A stretch of 64,000 nucleotides of DNA, from contig DAOUBX010000124.1 of NCBI GenBank assembly GCA_034432445.1, forward strand, positions 8,571 to 72,570, read 5' to 3'. The notes beneath the pieces were generated by a model. The model was given only the letters and a program-made list of their open reading frames with translations. It had not been told where the DNA came from and searched no databases. How positions within the stretch are numbered: the stretch's first letter is position 1; every line of letters starts with the position of its first letter. The DNA comes from Anaerolineales bacterium. Its GTDB lineage: Bacteria; Chloroflexota; Anaerolineae; JAAEKA01. A program made the translations under genes and the position numbers. This document shows, piece after piece, positions 1-10,339 of this stretch.

Positions 1-831
1 TTGAGGCCATAGGTGCGCCGCATCTCTTCGCCGTCCCACGGCAACTCGGCCAGCAGCGCCCGTTCCGACGGAGACGGCGGCCGCACATAATCCATCAAAC
101 CGTCGATCAGCACTTGGCCATCGGCGGTGCGCAACGTGTTCAACGCCTCGACCAGCCGCCAGGCGGCGTTGGGCAGGATGCCGCCGTTGCCGGAATGCGC
201 GTCGGTGTCGGCCGTGCGCACCCGCAGCTCCACGGACAGGATACCCTTGACGCCCAGGTGAACTACCGGCCGGCCCTGGCTGTCCTTGTAACCGAACTCC
301 CACAGACAGCCATCTACGCCCTGCAGCAGGTCGGCGCGCTCAGCCGCGAAGCTGGCCAGGTGCAGGCTGCCCACCTCTTCTTCCCCCTCGATGATGTAAA
401 GCAACCGCAGCGGCAGGGGACCGTTGACTTCCTGATAGGCGCGGATGGCCCACAAGCGTGAGACCAGGTCGCCCTTGTTGTCGGCAGCGCCGCGCGCGAA
501 GAGCTTGCCGTCGCGCAGGGTGGGCTCGAAGGGAGGCGAGGTCCACTCGGCCAGCGGGTCGGGCGGCTGCACGTCATAGTGGTTGTAGATCATGAGCTGC
601 CGTCGCCCGGCACCGCCGCGGCCGATGACAACGGCCGGGCCGTTCTTTTGTGGCGCGACCTCGGTCACCAGGCCGGCCGCCTGGCACAGCGCCAGCACCT
701 TCTGCCGGGCCTCCTCCATGGCCGGGCCGTTCTCGGCCGACACGCTGGGGATACGGCACAGCGCCATTAGGTCGTTCAGCATCGCTGAAGCGTGCTGGTC
801 AACAAAGGCATCGAATTGTTGCCAATTCATC
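1..831 (-). CDS. M20-family metallopeptidase (ArgE/DapE/dipeptidase-like), 5' portion; the 3' end runs off the window start
   Basis: The reverse-strand translation from ATG 829-831 (preceded by a gaggaa RBS) reads MNWQQFDAFVDQH...IYNHYDVQP...ARGAADNKG, which are typical M20 metal-binding motifs. The reading frame stays open to position 1. It is missing from the ORF track because there is no stop codon inside the window. Confidence 0.8.
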
Positions 832-1235
832 AGAAGTTCCTCGCTTTCTCTTTTCCTTCGGGACTGACAGTCCTCTAATCGACGCGACGACGCCCGTCAC
901 GCTCGCAGCCGCTCCATGCTAGGAGCAGGACTGCCAGCCCTCCGGCCGGGGTAATGGTACAGCTAGTGTAGCTTGGTCACGGCGCCCGGTCAACTTTTGT
1001 GACAGTACCTTGGTGGTTTTGCAGTTGAAAGGTGACTACGCAGGCGCCGGGCATTGAGAACCACAACCGGTTTGCAGCTTAAGTCGGCTCTGCGGACACC
1101 CTAGCAAAGGCAAACTCAAGTCCCCGGCACCAACAGCTGAGGCGAATTTGTGGCAATCTCGACCGCTCCTTAAAATACCGCTGTCGCCGTCGTGCATCAC
1201 GCAACCGTACAGCATCGCCGATCCTTAGAGGCCAG

Positions 1236-3161
1236 ATGAACCATCGCTCACCGTCAACTCTGCTCCAGCCCACCGTCGTCGCTTTGGCTTGCCTTCTCCT
1301 CCTGTCCGCATGCGCGCGACCTACATCGTCGACCTCACGCGCCAACACAGCGACGCCCATCCGTGAGACGCTGACTGCGCCGGCGGCATCGCCGACAGCC
1401 GTTGCCGCGCCAACGGTCACACAGCCATCCGCGGTGGCGTCCTCTTTGCCCGCCTTTCCCGGCGCCGAGGGGTTCGGGGCTTCGGCTACCGGCGGCCGGG
1501 GTGGCCGGGTGATCTACGTCACCACCCTCGACCCCGACCCCAACGGGGAGACGCCCGGTTCCCTCAACTGGGCGCTGCGGCAGACCGGCCCGCGGTACAT
1601 CCTCTTCCAGGTCAGCGGCGTGATCCCGGCTGCGGCCAACATCGTGCACGGCGACGTGACCATCGCCGGCCAGACCTCGCCCGGCGGCATCGTCGTGCGC
1701 GGGTTGATCTGCGACGGCCACTACGAGCGCAACACGTGCGACAACGTGATCGTGCGCCACATCCGCTCGCGGCCGGCCAGCCACATGGACGGCAGCATGA
1801 TGGCCCTCGACGACGCGCTGCGGCTGGACGGCATCCACACCTTCATCATAGACCATAGCTCCTTTGCCCACGCCGCCGATGAGGCGGCGCAGATCAGTTG
1901 GGCCTCGAACGGCACCATCCAGAACTCCATCTTCGCCGAGACGGTGGGCGACCACTGGGAGTACGGCGGGATGCTGATGAACTACTCTGCGCCCCATCAC
2001 CCCCAGGACTTCCTCTCCATCCATCACAACCTGTGGTATCGGCTGGGCGGCCGGTTGCCGGAGATCACCTGCGAAACGTCCGCCTATCCCGACGAGCCGG
2101 CCAGCGCCGCCGACTGCGCCGCCCATCCCCTGCGCCTGGAGCTCTCCAACAACCTGCTGTGGGACCCCGGCATCAACATCTGGTACAACTTGCACGTGGA
2201 CGGCGACCCCGACCTGGGCAACTACGCGCTGCACCTCAACTGGGTAAACAACTACATGGCCGCCAACCCGGCGACTTATACCTACGGCATGATCCTGCAC
2301 GCCGTGCTGGACGCGCCGGCCAACCAACTCTACTTTTCCGGCAACCGGATGAACCTCTACCCCTCCTACGCCGATTACGACCTGGCCTACTGCTGCAACG
2401 ACTTCACCGCGCCCGGCGCCAACCCCAACACCGACCTGGGGGTGGCCGTCCGCCGCACGGCCCGGCACGACTTTCCCCCCATCGCCTACACGCCCACGGA
2501 GCAGCTTGTGGCGTACGCGGCGAGCAACGTGGGCGCCTTCCCGCGCGACCCCATGGACCGGCGCTATGTCGCTTCGCTGCTGGCCGAGCAGCTCGACTTC
2601 GGCCTGCCCTACCGCGAGCCGGTGGCCAACGACGCGTTCGACCTGGACTTCGACCCTAACAACCCGCCCGCGTCGCCCCAGGACAGCGACGCGGACGGCA
2701 TGCCCGACGCTTGGGAGACCCAGCACGGGCTGAACCCGAACGCGCCGGACCACAACGGCACGGAGCTGTCGGTGCCGTTCACCGGCGTGCCGGGCTACAC
2801 CAACCTGGAGTGCTACCTGAACTGGCTGTCGGACCGGTTGGCGGCGGGCGCAGCCGCGTCCTCCATCTACCTGCCCCTGATCACTGCGGCCGGCGCCGAG
2901 TTGCACTGGACTACGGACCTCGCCAACTGCTGTTACGCCGTGCACCGCAGCGACGCGCCCCGCTTCGTGCCCTCCGATGCCACGGTGATCGCCGCCGATC
3001 TGCCGGCGGCCACCGATGCCTACCTGGACGCTGCGGCCCACATCGGCGACCCAACGGTGGAGGACTTCTACCTGGTCCGCTCATGCGGCTGCGACGGCTT
3101 TTCGACAGCCGACTCGGAGCGCGTGGGGTATATGGACTTCGCCCTACGGCGAGAAGAGTGA
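1236..3161 (+). CDS. secreted lipoprotein, pectate-lyase-like (PL1-type parallel beta-helix)
   Basis: A lipobox signal (LLLSAC) is followed by FPGAEGFGASATGGRGGRVIYVTT...GSLNWAL...IDHSSF, the canonical pectate-lyase N-terminal motifs. A DSDADGMPDAWETQHGLNPNAPD calcium-binding-like segment lies near the C-terminus. Confidence 0.7.
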   Translation: MNHRSPSTLLQPTVVALACLLLLSACARPTSSTSRANTATPIRETLTAPAASPTAVAAPTVTQPSAVASSLPAFPGAEGFGASATGGRGGRVIYVTTLDPDPNGETPGSLNWALRQTGPRYILFQVSGVIPAAANIVHGDVTIAGQTSPGGIVVRGLICDGHYERNTCDNVIVRHIRSRPASHMDGSMMALDDALRLDGIHTFIIDHSSFAHAADEAAQISWASNGTIQNSIFAETVGDHWEYGGMLMNYSAPHHPQDFLSIHHNLWYRLGGRLPEITCETSAYPDEPASAADCAAHPLRLELSNNLLWDPGINIWYNLHVDGDPDLGNYALHLNWVNNYMAANPATYTYGMILHAVLDAPANQLYFSGNRMNLYPSYADYDLAYCCNDFTAPGANPNTDLGVAVRRTARHDFPPIAYTPTEQLVAYAASNVGAFPRDPMDRRYVASLLAEQLDFGLPYREPVANDAFDLDFDPNNPPASPQDSDADGMPDAWETQHGLNPNAPDHNGTELSVPFTGVPGYTNLECYLNWLSDRLAAGAAASSIYLPLITAAGAELHWTTDLANCCYAVHRSDAPRFVPSDATVIAADLPAATDAYLDAAAHIGDPTVEDFYLVRSCGCDGFSTADSERVGYMDFALRREE

Positions 3162-3389
3162 ACTCGCCCGGTCTGCCAGCGCCACGGGCCAAACTGCAAG
3201 TCCCTCTGGGATGGTTCCCGCTGCCCGGCGCCCAAATCGCCAGCCTGCCGGCGTGATTTACAGACCACGCGCGGCTGTCACGAAAATTGACGGAGATGCT
3301 TCCGCTTCCGTTTTGGCTTTGCGTCCCTTCAGGAGGTATCCCATGCCCAAGTCGACGTCCTTCTCTCTCTCTGTCGAACTGCCATCAGC

Positions 3390-4640
3390 GTGGCTGTTCT
3401 CGTCATCTTGTCGCTTCTGGCCGGCTGGCTCGGCGTTGAACCGCCAAGTCAGGCGCAAGAGGCGCCGACCACCGACCCCGCAGCGGCCGCCGTGCAGCCC
3501 AGCGCGGCCAGCGAAAACTGGATCCGCGTGGGCTACATCGTCTACGCCTACGGCGGTTCCTGGGAGCAGTTCACCCAGCTTTTTGACGGCACCTACACGC
3601 ACATCATCTCTGCCTTCTACATCCCCGACACAGCGAGCAACCTAAGCCCTGACGCCGCTACTGAAACCTTCACGCCGGACCTGCGCGCCCAGGCCCAGTC
3701 TGCGGGATCGAAGGTGATGTTCTCCATCGGCGGCGGCACGGTGCACTACACCGTCTACGTGGCCATCGCTGACGACCCCACCGCGCGGCGGAACTTCATC
3801 AACAACACCATAGGCTTGCTGCAGAACGGGGGTTACGACGGCGTAGACTTCAACTTCGAGGGCTGGGATAGCACCATGGACGAGACGCACCGGGACAAGG
3901 TGCTTGGGCTGATGTCGGACGCCACCATCGCCGTGAAGGACGCCAACCCCGCCTACGTCACGACCTCTACCATCGCTGCGCTCTACTGGATCAACCTGAG
4001 CAACGACTGCAATCTGATCAACTCGCCGCAGATGGACTTCGCTCACCACATGGGCTACTCCTTCGGCGGCGGCCCGAACGGCCCCTGGCGCGCGCCGGGC
4101 ACCATCCAATACGTGTGGCCGGGCACGGAGTACACCGAACGCTCGGTCTACGGCGCACTGACCTATCTGCAGGGCAAGGGCTGCAATATGGCCAAGATCA
4201 CCGGCGGCCTGCCCTGCTACGCCACAAACCAGCAGCCCTGGAACAATGTGCGCAACGCAGCCAACTGGCCCAGTGTCCCCTTGCACCCCGACTACCTGGA
4301 GAAAAAGCACCCCCACGCAGAGGTACTGGGTCAACGACCCCGACGCCGTATCAGCCAAAGTGGCGGCCTACCGCAACTTCGGCTTGGCCGGCGCGATGGT
4401 GTGGCAGGTGGGCCACGAAGGACCGGCGCGCGATCTGAGCGCCGCGCTGGTGGGCGGCGCGCCGCCTCCCACGCCCACGCCCGGCACGCCGACCGCCACG
4501 TCTACGGCTGTACCACCTCCGACGGTAACGCCCACGCCAACCTCTACCGCCACCCCGCCGCCCACCCCGGTGCCGACGCCCACCCCGACCTACACCGTCA
4601 CCCCAACGCGTAGCGCTACGCCGACGCACACAATGACGCC
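3390..4640 (+). CDS. GH18 chitinase-like secreted protein with Pro/Thr-rich linker, interrupted by a frameshift near 4290-4320 (possible pseudogene or sequencing indel)
   Basis: A signal peptide is followed by the GH18 catalytic motif YDGVDFNFEGWD in frame 0 (3390-4613). The GH18 C-terminal motif YWVNDPDAVSAKVAAYRNFGLAGAMVWQ and the PTPTPGTPT...linker are in frame +1 (ORF 4246-5010). The frame switch coincides with the aaaaag/ccccc homopolymer runs at about 4296-4312. Confidence 0.6.
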
Positions 4641-4684
4641 GCTTCGTAGGCTTCGACGACTGCGCGGACGAGCGAACCTGGTCG

Positions 4685-5983
4685 ATGGCGGAGATCGAGG
4701 CGTTGAAAAGCGCAGCTGCGGTCTTGGGCGCGGCCTTTGCCCGTCAGCGCGCAGAGATGGCGGAGCGTCAACAGCGCCTGCTGGCCGAAACCCTGCGCGA
4801 CACCGCCCTGGCCCTCACCAGCACCCTCAGCTTCGAGGAGCTGGTCGATCGCGTGTTGGCCAACGCGCAGCGCTTGGTGCCCAGCGACGCGGCCAGCATC
4901 TTCTTGGTGGAGGGGGATGTGGCGCGCGTGGTGCGCACACGCAGCTATGCCGAGCGCGGACTGGAAGAGATGACGCTGTCCATGGCTTTCCGCATCGCCG
5001 ACAACTATAACCTGGCCACCATGGTCGCCACCCGCCAGCCGTGCATGATCCGCGACGTGTGGGCGGTAGACGGCTGGCTTGACCTGCCCACCTCACACTG
5101 GATAGGCTCGTATTTGGGCGCGCCGATCGAGATAGACGGGGAGGTCATCGGTTTTCTGAATCTGGATTTTGCCGAGCGCGACGCGGTGCCGCCTGAGGGC
5201 CCCCGGCTGTTGCAAGCCTTCGCTGCCCAGGCCGGCGCCGCCTTGGCCAACGCACGGCTTTACCAAGCCCTGGAGGCCCAGGTTGATCGCGCCCGGCAGC
5301 TGACCCTCGACCTGATGCGCGCCCAAGAGGCCGAGCGCCAGGTAGTGGCCCGCGAGCTGCATGACGAGATGGGCCAGGCCTTGACCGCGCTGCAGCTGAA
5401 CTTGGGCGCGCTGCACCGCAGCCTGGCCGGCGCCGCGGACGCCCGCAGCCTGGAGCGCCTGGCCGAGGCGCGCTGGCTGGCCGAAGAGACGCTCGGCCGC
5501 ACGCGCGCGCTATCGCTGGACCTGCGGCCGCCTGCGCTGGACGACCTCGGCCTTGTCCCCGCGGTTCGCTGGTATTTGGATCAGTTCGGTCAACGTAGCG
5601 ATCGAGTGGTGAGCTTTCACGTCAGCGGGGAAGAGCAGCCGATACCTCCGGCTACGGCGCTGGCTCTTTATCGCATTCTGCAAGAAGCCACTACCAACAT
5701 CGGCCGTCATGCGCACGCCGGCCGCGTGGACGTGACGCTGGACTGTGTCGCCGACGCTGTGCGCCTGCAGATCAACGACGACGGGCAGGGCTTCGATCTG
5801 GCGGCCCTGGAAGCGGCCGGCAGCCTGCACCGCAGCTCCGGGCTGCTGGGTATGCGGGAGCGCGCGGCTGCCTTGGGCGGCGAGTGTGTTATCTCTTCGC
5901 AGCCCGGCCATAGCACGCGCGTACACGTGCGTATTCCGGTGGTGGAGACGACACGAATTGTTGCCCATAAGAGTAACGGCTGA
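4685..5983 (+). CDS. GAF-domain sensor histidine kinase (HisKA_3 + HATPase_c, NarL-type partner)
   Basis: It has a GAF-like N-terminal region, the H-box ARELHDEMGQALTAL, and N/G boxes (ILQEATTNIGRHA, DDGQGF, GLLGMRERA). Confidence 0.85.
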   Translation: MAEIEALKSAAAVLGAAFARQRAEMAERQQRLLAETLRDTALALTSTLSFEELVDRVLANAQRLVPSDAASIFLVEGDVARVVRTRSYAERGLEEMTLSMAFRIADNYNLATMVATRQPCMIRDVWAVDGWLDLPTSHWIGSYLGAPIEIDGEVIGFLNLDFAERDAVPPEGPRLLQAFAAQAGAALANARLYQALEAQVDRARQLTLDLMRAQEAERQVVARELHDEMGQALTALQLNLGALHRSLAGAADARSLERLAEARWLAEETLGRTRALSLDLRPPALDDLGLVPAVRWYLDQFGQRSDRVVSFHVSGEEQPIPPATALALYRILQEATTNIGRHAHAGRVDVTLDCVADAVRLQINDDGQGFDLAALEAAGSLHRSSGLLGMRERAAALGGECVISSQPGHSTRVHVRIPVVETTRIVAHKSNG

Positions 5984-6345
5984 TGAAAGTTAAGAAAATG
6001 CTCCGGCAATAGCCGCTTGCGGCGGGTCGCCCCTTATGTGAGCCTGCCCGGCGACACCTGCACTTGCAGCGCAGATGCAAGTGTGAATCGACCGGGCTAT
6101 CAAACGGCGCCCCGTCAACGGGGCTGAAAGACGCGCCATGCACGCGCGAGCCCGTTTCAACGGGCGCTGCTATGTAGCCGGGGAACTTCATTCCCCGGCG
6201 AGATAGCATGAGGGCGAGCTCCGCTCCATTGCCGGAATATTATCTTAAGCTTCATAAGCCGTTACTACGAAGGAGTGGCGCGTGCAGGTACGCATTCCGG
6301 TGGCGGAGACGACACGAATTGCTACGTACAAGAGTAACGGCTGAA
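5921..6345. repeat. Two ~60-bp near-identical direct copies of the kinase gene 3' end (5921-5983 and 6281-6345) flanking a ~300-bp palindrome-rich insert
   Basis: Both copies encode R-V-H/Q-V-R-I-P-V-V/A-E-T-T-R-I...K-S-N-G-stop and are identical at about 50 of 60 nt. The insert between them carries the hairpins CACTTGCAgcgcagaTGCAAGTG, GCCCCGTcaaCGGGGC, GCCCGTTtcaACGGGC and CCGGGGAacttcattCCCCGG. Confidence 0.7.
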
Positions 6346-6367
6346 GCCGTTACTACGAAGGGCACCG

Positions 6368-7015
6368 ATGGCACCTATTCGCGTTTACCTGGTGGATGAC
6401 CACCCCATTGTGCGCAAGGGGCTGCGCGCCCTGCTCGAGGAACAGACCGACATGATGGTGGTCGGCGAGGCGGGCAGCGGACAGCAGGCCGTCAGCGCAG
6501 CGCTGGCCGCGCGGCCGGACGTGGTCGTCATGGACATCAGCATGCCGGACATCAACGGCATCGAGGCCACGCGGCAACTGAGCGGCCAGACGCGGGTGGT
6601 CATCCTGAGCGTGCACAGCAGCCGGGACTACGTTCGGCAGGCGCGGCGCGCCGGCGCTATCGGCTACGTCATCAAGGACGCGGTCTTGACCGACCTAGTA
6701 GCTGCAGTGCGCGCTGCAGCATCCGGCCAAAGCTTCCTCAGCCCCGCTATCTCCACATTGCTCATCGAAGAGTACGTGCGTTATAGCGAACTGGCTGCTG
6801 AATGCGATCCCCTGAATGCCCTCACTCCTCGCAAACGCCAGGTGCTGCAATTGGTAGCCCAGGGTCACACCACCCGTGAGATTGCGGCCCTGCTCACCCT
6901 CAGCCCCAAGACGGTCGAGATCCACCGCGGCAACGCCATGAAGAAGCTGGACCTGCATAGCACAGCCGACGTGGTGCGCTTCGCCCAGCGCCACGGGCTA
7001 TTGGTTGAGCCATAG
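6368..7015 (+). CDS. NarL/FixJ-family response regulator (REC + LuxR-type HTH)
   Basis: The receiver starts VYLVDDHPIVRKGL; the C-terminal LuxR HTH reads LTPRKRQVLQLVAQGHTTREIAALLTLSPKTVEIHR. Confidence 0.9.
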   Translation: MAPIRVYLVDDHPIVRKGLRALLEEQTDMMVVGEAGSGQQAVSAALAARPDVVVMDISMPDINGIEATRQLSGQTRVVILSVHSSRDYVRQARRAGAIGYVIKDAVLTDLVAAVRAAASGQSFLSPAISTLLIEEYVRYSELAAECDPLNALTPRKRQVLQLVAQGHTTREIAALLTLSPKTVEIHRGNAMKKLDLHSTADVVRFAQRHGLLVEP

Positions 7016-7212
7016 ACGCCTCAACCACACCCCAGCGCCCGGTACCTCAACAGAGATCTCTTGCCCGCATGTCGCTAGGGAACTCTGGCAATTTTGCTCG
7101 TCACTAATGCGAATTTGGGGGCAATTGAACGAAAAATAGGGGCCTCCCCTGATGTCCTCCCGCCCTGTGGCAGCGCGATACTGAACCATGGCTTCCGCGC
7201 GGATGGCTCGCC

Positions 7213-7599
7213 ATGCTCAAAGTTCTGATCGTTGATCCCAACCCCTACTTCATTCGCTGCCTACGCGCCATCCTGGCAGCCCGGACGGACCTGATCGTGG
7301 TCGGCGAGGCCTGCAGCGCCGCGGAGGCGCGGGCCAAGGCGCACACCTTGCGTCCAGACCTGGCGTTGGTAGACGTGCGCACGCCGGGGCTGGGCAGCGG
7401 CTTGTATGCTCGTCATTTGAAGCAGTGGCTGCCGGCCGGCAGGATCATCGCCTTGACCGTCTTCGACGCTGCGCCCTACCGCGCCGTCCTGGCCGCCGAC
7501 GGCGTGGATGAGTGCCTGGCCAAGGAGACGTTGGAAGGGGAGCTGCTGCCGACGCTCGCCCGCCTGTTTCCACAGCAGGTGGCGCAGGGCAGAACCTAG
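7213..7599 (+). CDS. stand-alone CheY-like receiver-domain protein
   Basis: The 128-aa protein has VLIVDPNPYF...LALVDVRTPG in a receiver-like fold with no output domain. Confidence 0.6.
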   Translation: MLKVLIVDPNPYFIRCLRAILAARTDLIVVGEACSAAEARAKAHTLRPDLALVDVRTPGLGSGLYARHLKQWLPAGRIIALTVFDAAPYRAVLAADGVDECLAKETLEGELLPTLARLFPQQVAQGRT

Positions 7600-7769
7600 C
7601 ATCGAGCACGAAGGGCGGCCGCCGTCAATCCTGCCCGAGCAACGATCTGCGTTTAGTCGCCTGCCGGATCGCCTGGGCTTGAAGCGCGCAGGGGCACTCC
7701 GGCCTGCAGGCACACCGCACCTTTCTTGGACCCCGCCGGCGAGGGTAATCGGCGCACGAGGAGGTTATC

Positions 7770-10339
7770 ATGAAAACTTCGACCACAGTAATCCGCGTGA
7801 GCCTGGTTGCCGCGTGGCTGGTAGTCGTCTGCTTGCTGGCAGTTCCCAACACAGCGTTTGCGCAGTTCGCAACGCCAACGGTAAATGGCACGATCGCATC
7901 CGGAGAATACGGTACCCACACCGACGGCCAAAACCAGCAGACCAACGGCAGCCAGGTGTGGTACATGACCTGGGACGATACCGACTTATACGTAGGCATC
8001 ACTGGCGCAACATTAGGCGAAGCCGCAATCATCTACCTCGACAAGAACCCGCTTGCGCCGATCAACGGCGGTTCTAACAGCGACGGCACCATCGTGGGCA
8101 ACGCATACGACGGCACGAACTTTGCCGCGTTGCAGTTCCGCGCCGATCTCGTCTTGTACGTCAAGAGCGGGTATCGCGAGTACCGCACTGCCAACGGCTC
8201 CAACGGTTGGTCGAGCGCCACGACCGGGTTCGGGAGCTATGCTGATAGCGGAACTACCCGCGAGTTCTCCATCCCCTGGTCCGTGGTCGGCGGCCGGCCC
8301 AGCTCCTTTGCTTGGTTTGGTTATCTGACCTCCAGCGGCGGCTTCGTGTACGGACAGGTGCCTACCGAAAACAGCGGTGGAACCATTGGCACGTCGGCTC
8401 GGTATGTGCGCTACTACATCGTCAACAACACCGGCGACGGCGCCAGCACCAAGCCTTTCTCGCGCAACAGCTTCGTGTTCAACAGCACGGGCGACGTGAG
8501 CGGCTTTGGCGCTATCTCGGTGTACGACTTCACTATGAACAGCTCCGGGCGCACCCTAACCCGTGGCAGCGGCGCGTGGACGATCACCGGCAGCTTCCGC
8601 GTGGACGCGGGCACCGTGAGCTTTGGCAACACCACCAGCGGCGCCAGCATGTCCGGAGACGTGGTAATCGGCTCTGGCGGCACCCTCACCCTCTCGTCCG
8701 CCATCGGCGGCGACCTGAACGTCGGCGGAAACTGGACCAACAACGGCGCGTTCAACGCCAATAGCCGCCTGGTGACCTTCAACGGCTCCGGCGCGCAGAG
8801 CATTGGCGGGTCGAGCACCACCACCTTCGGCTACCTCGCCATCGCCAGCGGATCGTCCACCACGCTGGCCCAGAACGCCAACGTTTGGAACGACTTCGAG
8901 GTGTACGGGGCCTTCAGCGTGGCCGACAAGACGCTCACGTTGCAGAACGGCACGGACCTGGAGATCAAGAGCGGCGGCTCAGTCAACGGCGGCAGCGGCA
9001 CCATCGTGCTAGAGGGCAACAGCAGCAACAACCCCGACTTCATCAACGCCGGCACCTTCACCGCCGGCACCGGGACGGTCCATTTCAAGGGCCAGAGCAC
9101 GGCCGGAAACTACCGCAACGGCCGCGTCTGGGGCTCCAGCGCCACCGCGTTCAAAAACGTCACCCTCACCTACAACGGCAGCGGTAGCGGGGACGAGGAT
9201 ACCTTTGGCGTGGACTTCTACGACCAGGACAGCCCGGCCGTGCGCGCCACCATCAACGGCGTGCTGGCGCTTAACAGGCGCACCTTCGTCGCCCACGCCG
9301 AGGTCGGCAGATCCGGGGGAAGCTGCTCCGCCTGCGACTGCGGCGCTCCCACCTACGACTCCGGCTCCACCCTGCGCTACAACGACCTGGAATACAAGGA
9401 ATACGAGCCGGACTCGAGTTCGTGTCCCGGCTCGCCGGAGGATAATCCGTTCCAGGTGTTCAGCGAATGGCTGAACGCGACGTCCGGCCACGGCGTGCCC
9501 TACCACGTCACCGTGGGCAGCGACTCGTGGGTCAGCCTCTTCTGCAATCCCGGCACCAACTACCGCGTCAACGGCGACTTCACCGTCGAGGCGGGCGTGG
9601 ATGGCAACAACCTTGGAGGCTCCGGCAGCACGCCCCCCGGCTTCGAGCAGAACGGCTTCACCCTGGGCGAGGTCGGCTTGTCCACGGTAACGGTCATGGG
9701 GGATGTGGTCAACAAAGGCACCTTGAAGCAGTTCGGGCCGGCCATCTACATTGCCCCCGGTAACACTGTCTCTTTTATCAGGATCCAGGACGACGCCTCC
9801 ACGATGAAATACTACGGCCTGGACATCAAGAACATCCATGCCACGCAGAGCATGGAGGTCCCTTTCGTCAAGGTCAGCGGCAACCAGACCACCTGTCCCT
9901 ACTGGGGTGATCCCCCCGACTATCCCTACGGGATAGTCAAGCGCTGTTACTTTGTTATGGCCGTGGGCGTGGGGTTGGATCCGGTAAACTACGAGATCAC
10001 CTTGTACCACGAATACGGTGAGCTGAACGGGTTCGATCCCAGCACTCTATCGCCCTGGCCTGGGAGACGGTCTCAGAGGCAGGCAATGTAGGCTTCCGGG
10101 TGCTGCGCAGCGAGGCCGTGGACGGCGAGCGGGCGCTGCTGGCCTTCGTGCCGGCAGCCGCTCCGGGGAGCACGGCGGGGGCCAGCTACCGCTACGTGGA
10201 CACGACCGCCGCTCCCGGCCGCACCTACTGGTACTGGCTGGAGGACGTGAACACGGCCGGCGGGCACACGCTCCACGGCCCGGTGAGCGCAAGGGCTGCG
10301 CTACGGCTGCGGCTGTGGCTACCGTTGATCAGGCGCTGA
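7770..10339 (+). CDS. large secreted Gly/Ser/Thr/Asn-rich beta-helix/adhesin-like protein with N-terminal CBM9/DOMON-like module; C-terminal tail continues in another frame after a frameshift near 10025-10050
   Basis: It has a signal peptide and a long run of degenerate G/N/T repeats. Frame 0 ends at 10091. Frame 2 (10022-10339) encodes a conserved C-terminal tail ...WETVSEAGNVGFRVLRSEAVDG...YRYVDTTAAPGRTYWYWLEDVNTAGGHTLHGPVSA. Confidence 0.65.

Noticed and set aside
1335-3041. 568-aa ORF on the minus strand antisense to the pectate-lyase-like gene, and many similar long antisense or alternative-frame ORFs (e.g. 1898-2659, 11443-12450, 11622-12488, 12573-13451, 15640-16962, 19522-20430, 24118-25641, 31283-32332, 39126-40682, 54339-55193)
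   Set aside because: High GC leaves few stop codons, so long open frames are expected by chance. These are Arg/Gly/Ala/Pro-rich with no motifs, and they lie opposite to or out of frame with ORFs that have clear family signatures.
4634-4687. Upstream in-frame extension of the kinase ORF (RRFVGFDDCADERTWS before Met 4685) as evidence of a GH18-kinase fusion
   Set aside because: That frame has a stop at 4634 and no alternative start codon in the extension. A secreted glycosidase fused to a cytoplasmic kinase is implausible, and ATG 4685 is the simplest start.
6208-6399. 63-aa ORF spanning the duplicated kinase 3' end
   Set aside because: Arg-rich and without motifs. It is explained by the partial duplication of the kinase gene end rather than being a gene.
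10024-10045. tRNA-like T-loop string GGGTTCGATCCCAGC
   Set aside because: No complementary T-stem, acceptor stem or anticodon arm can be built around it. It lies inside a coding region, and no other tRNA hallmarks are present anywhere in the window.
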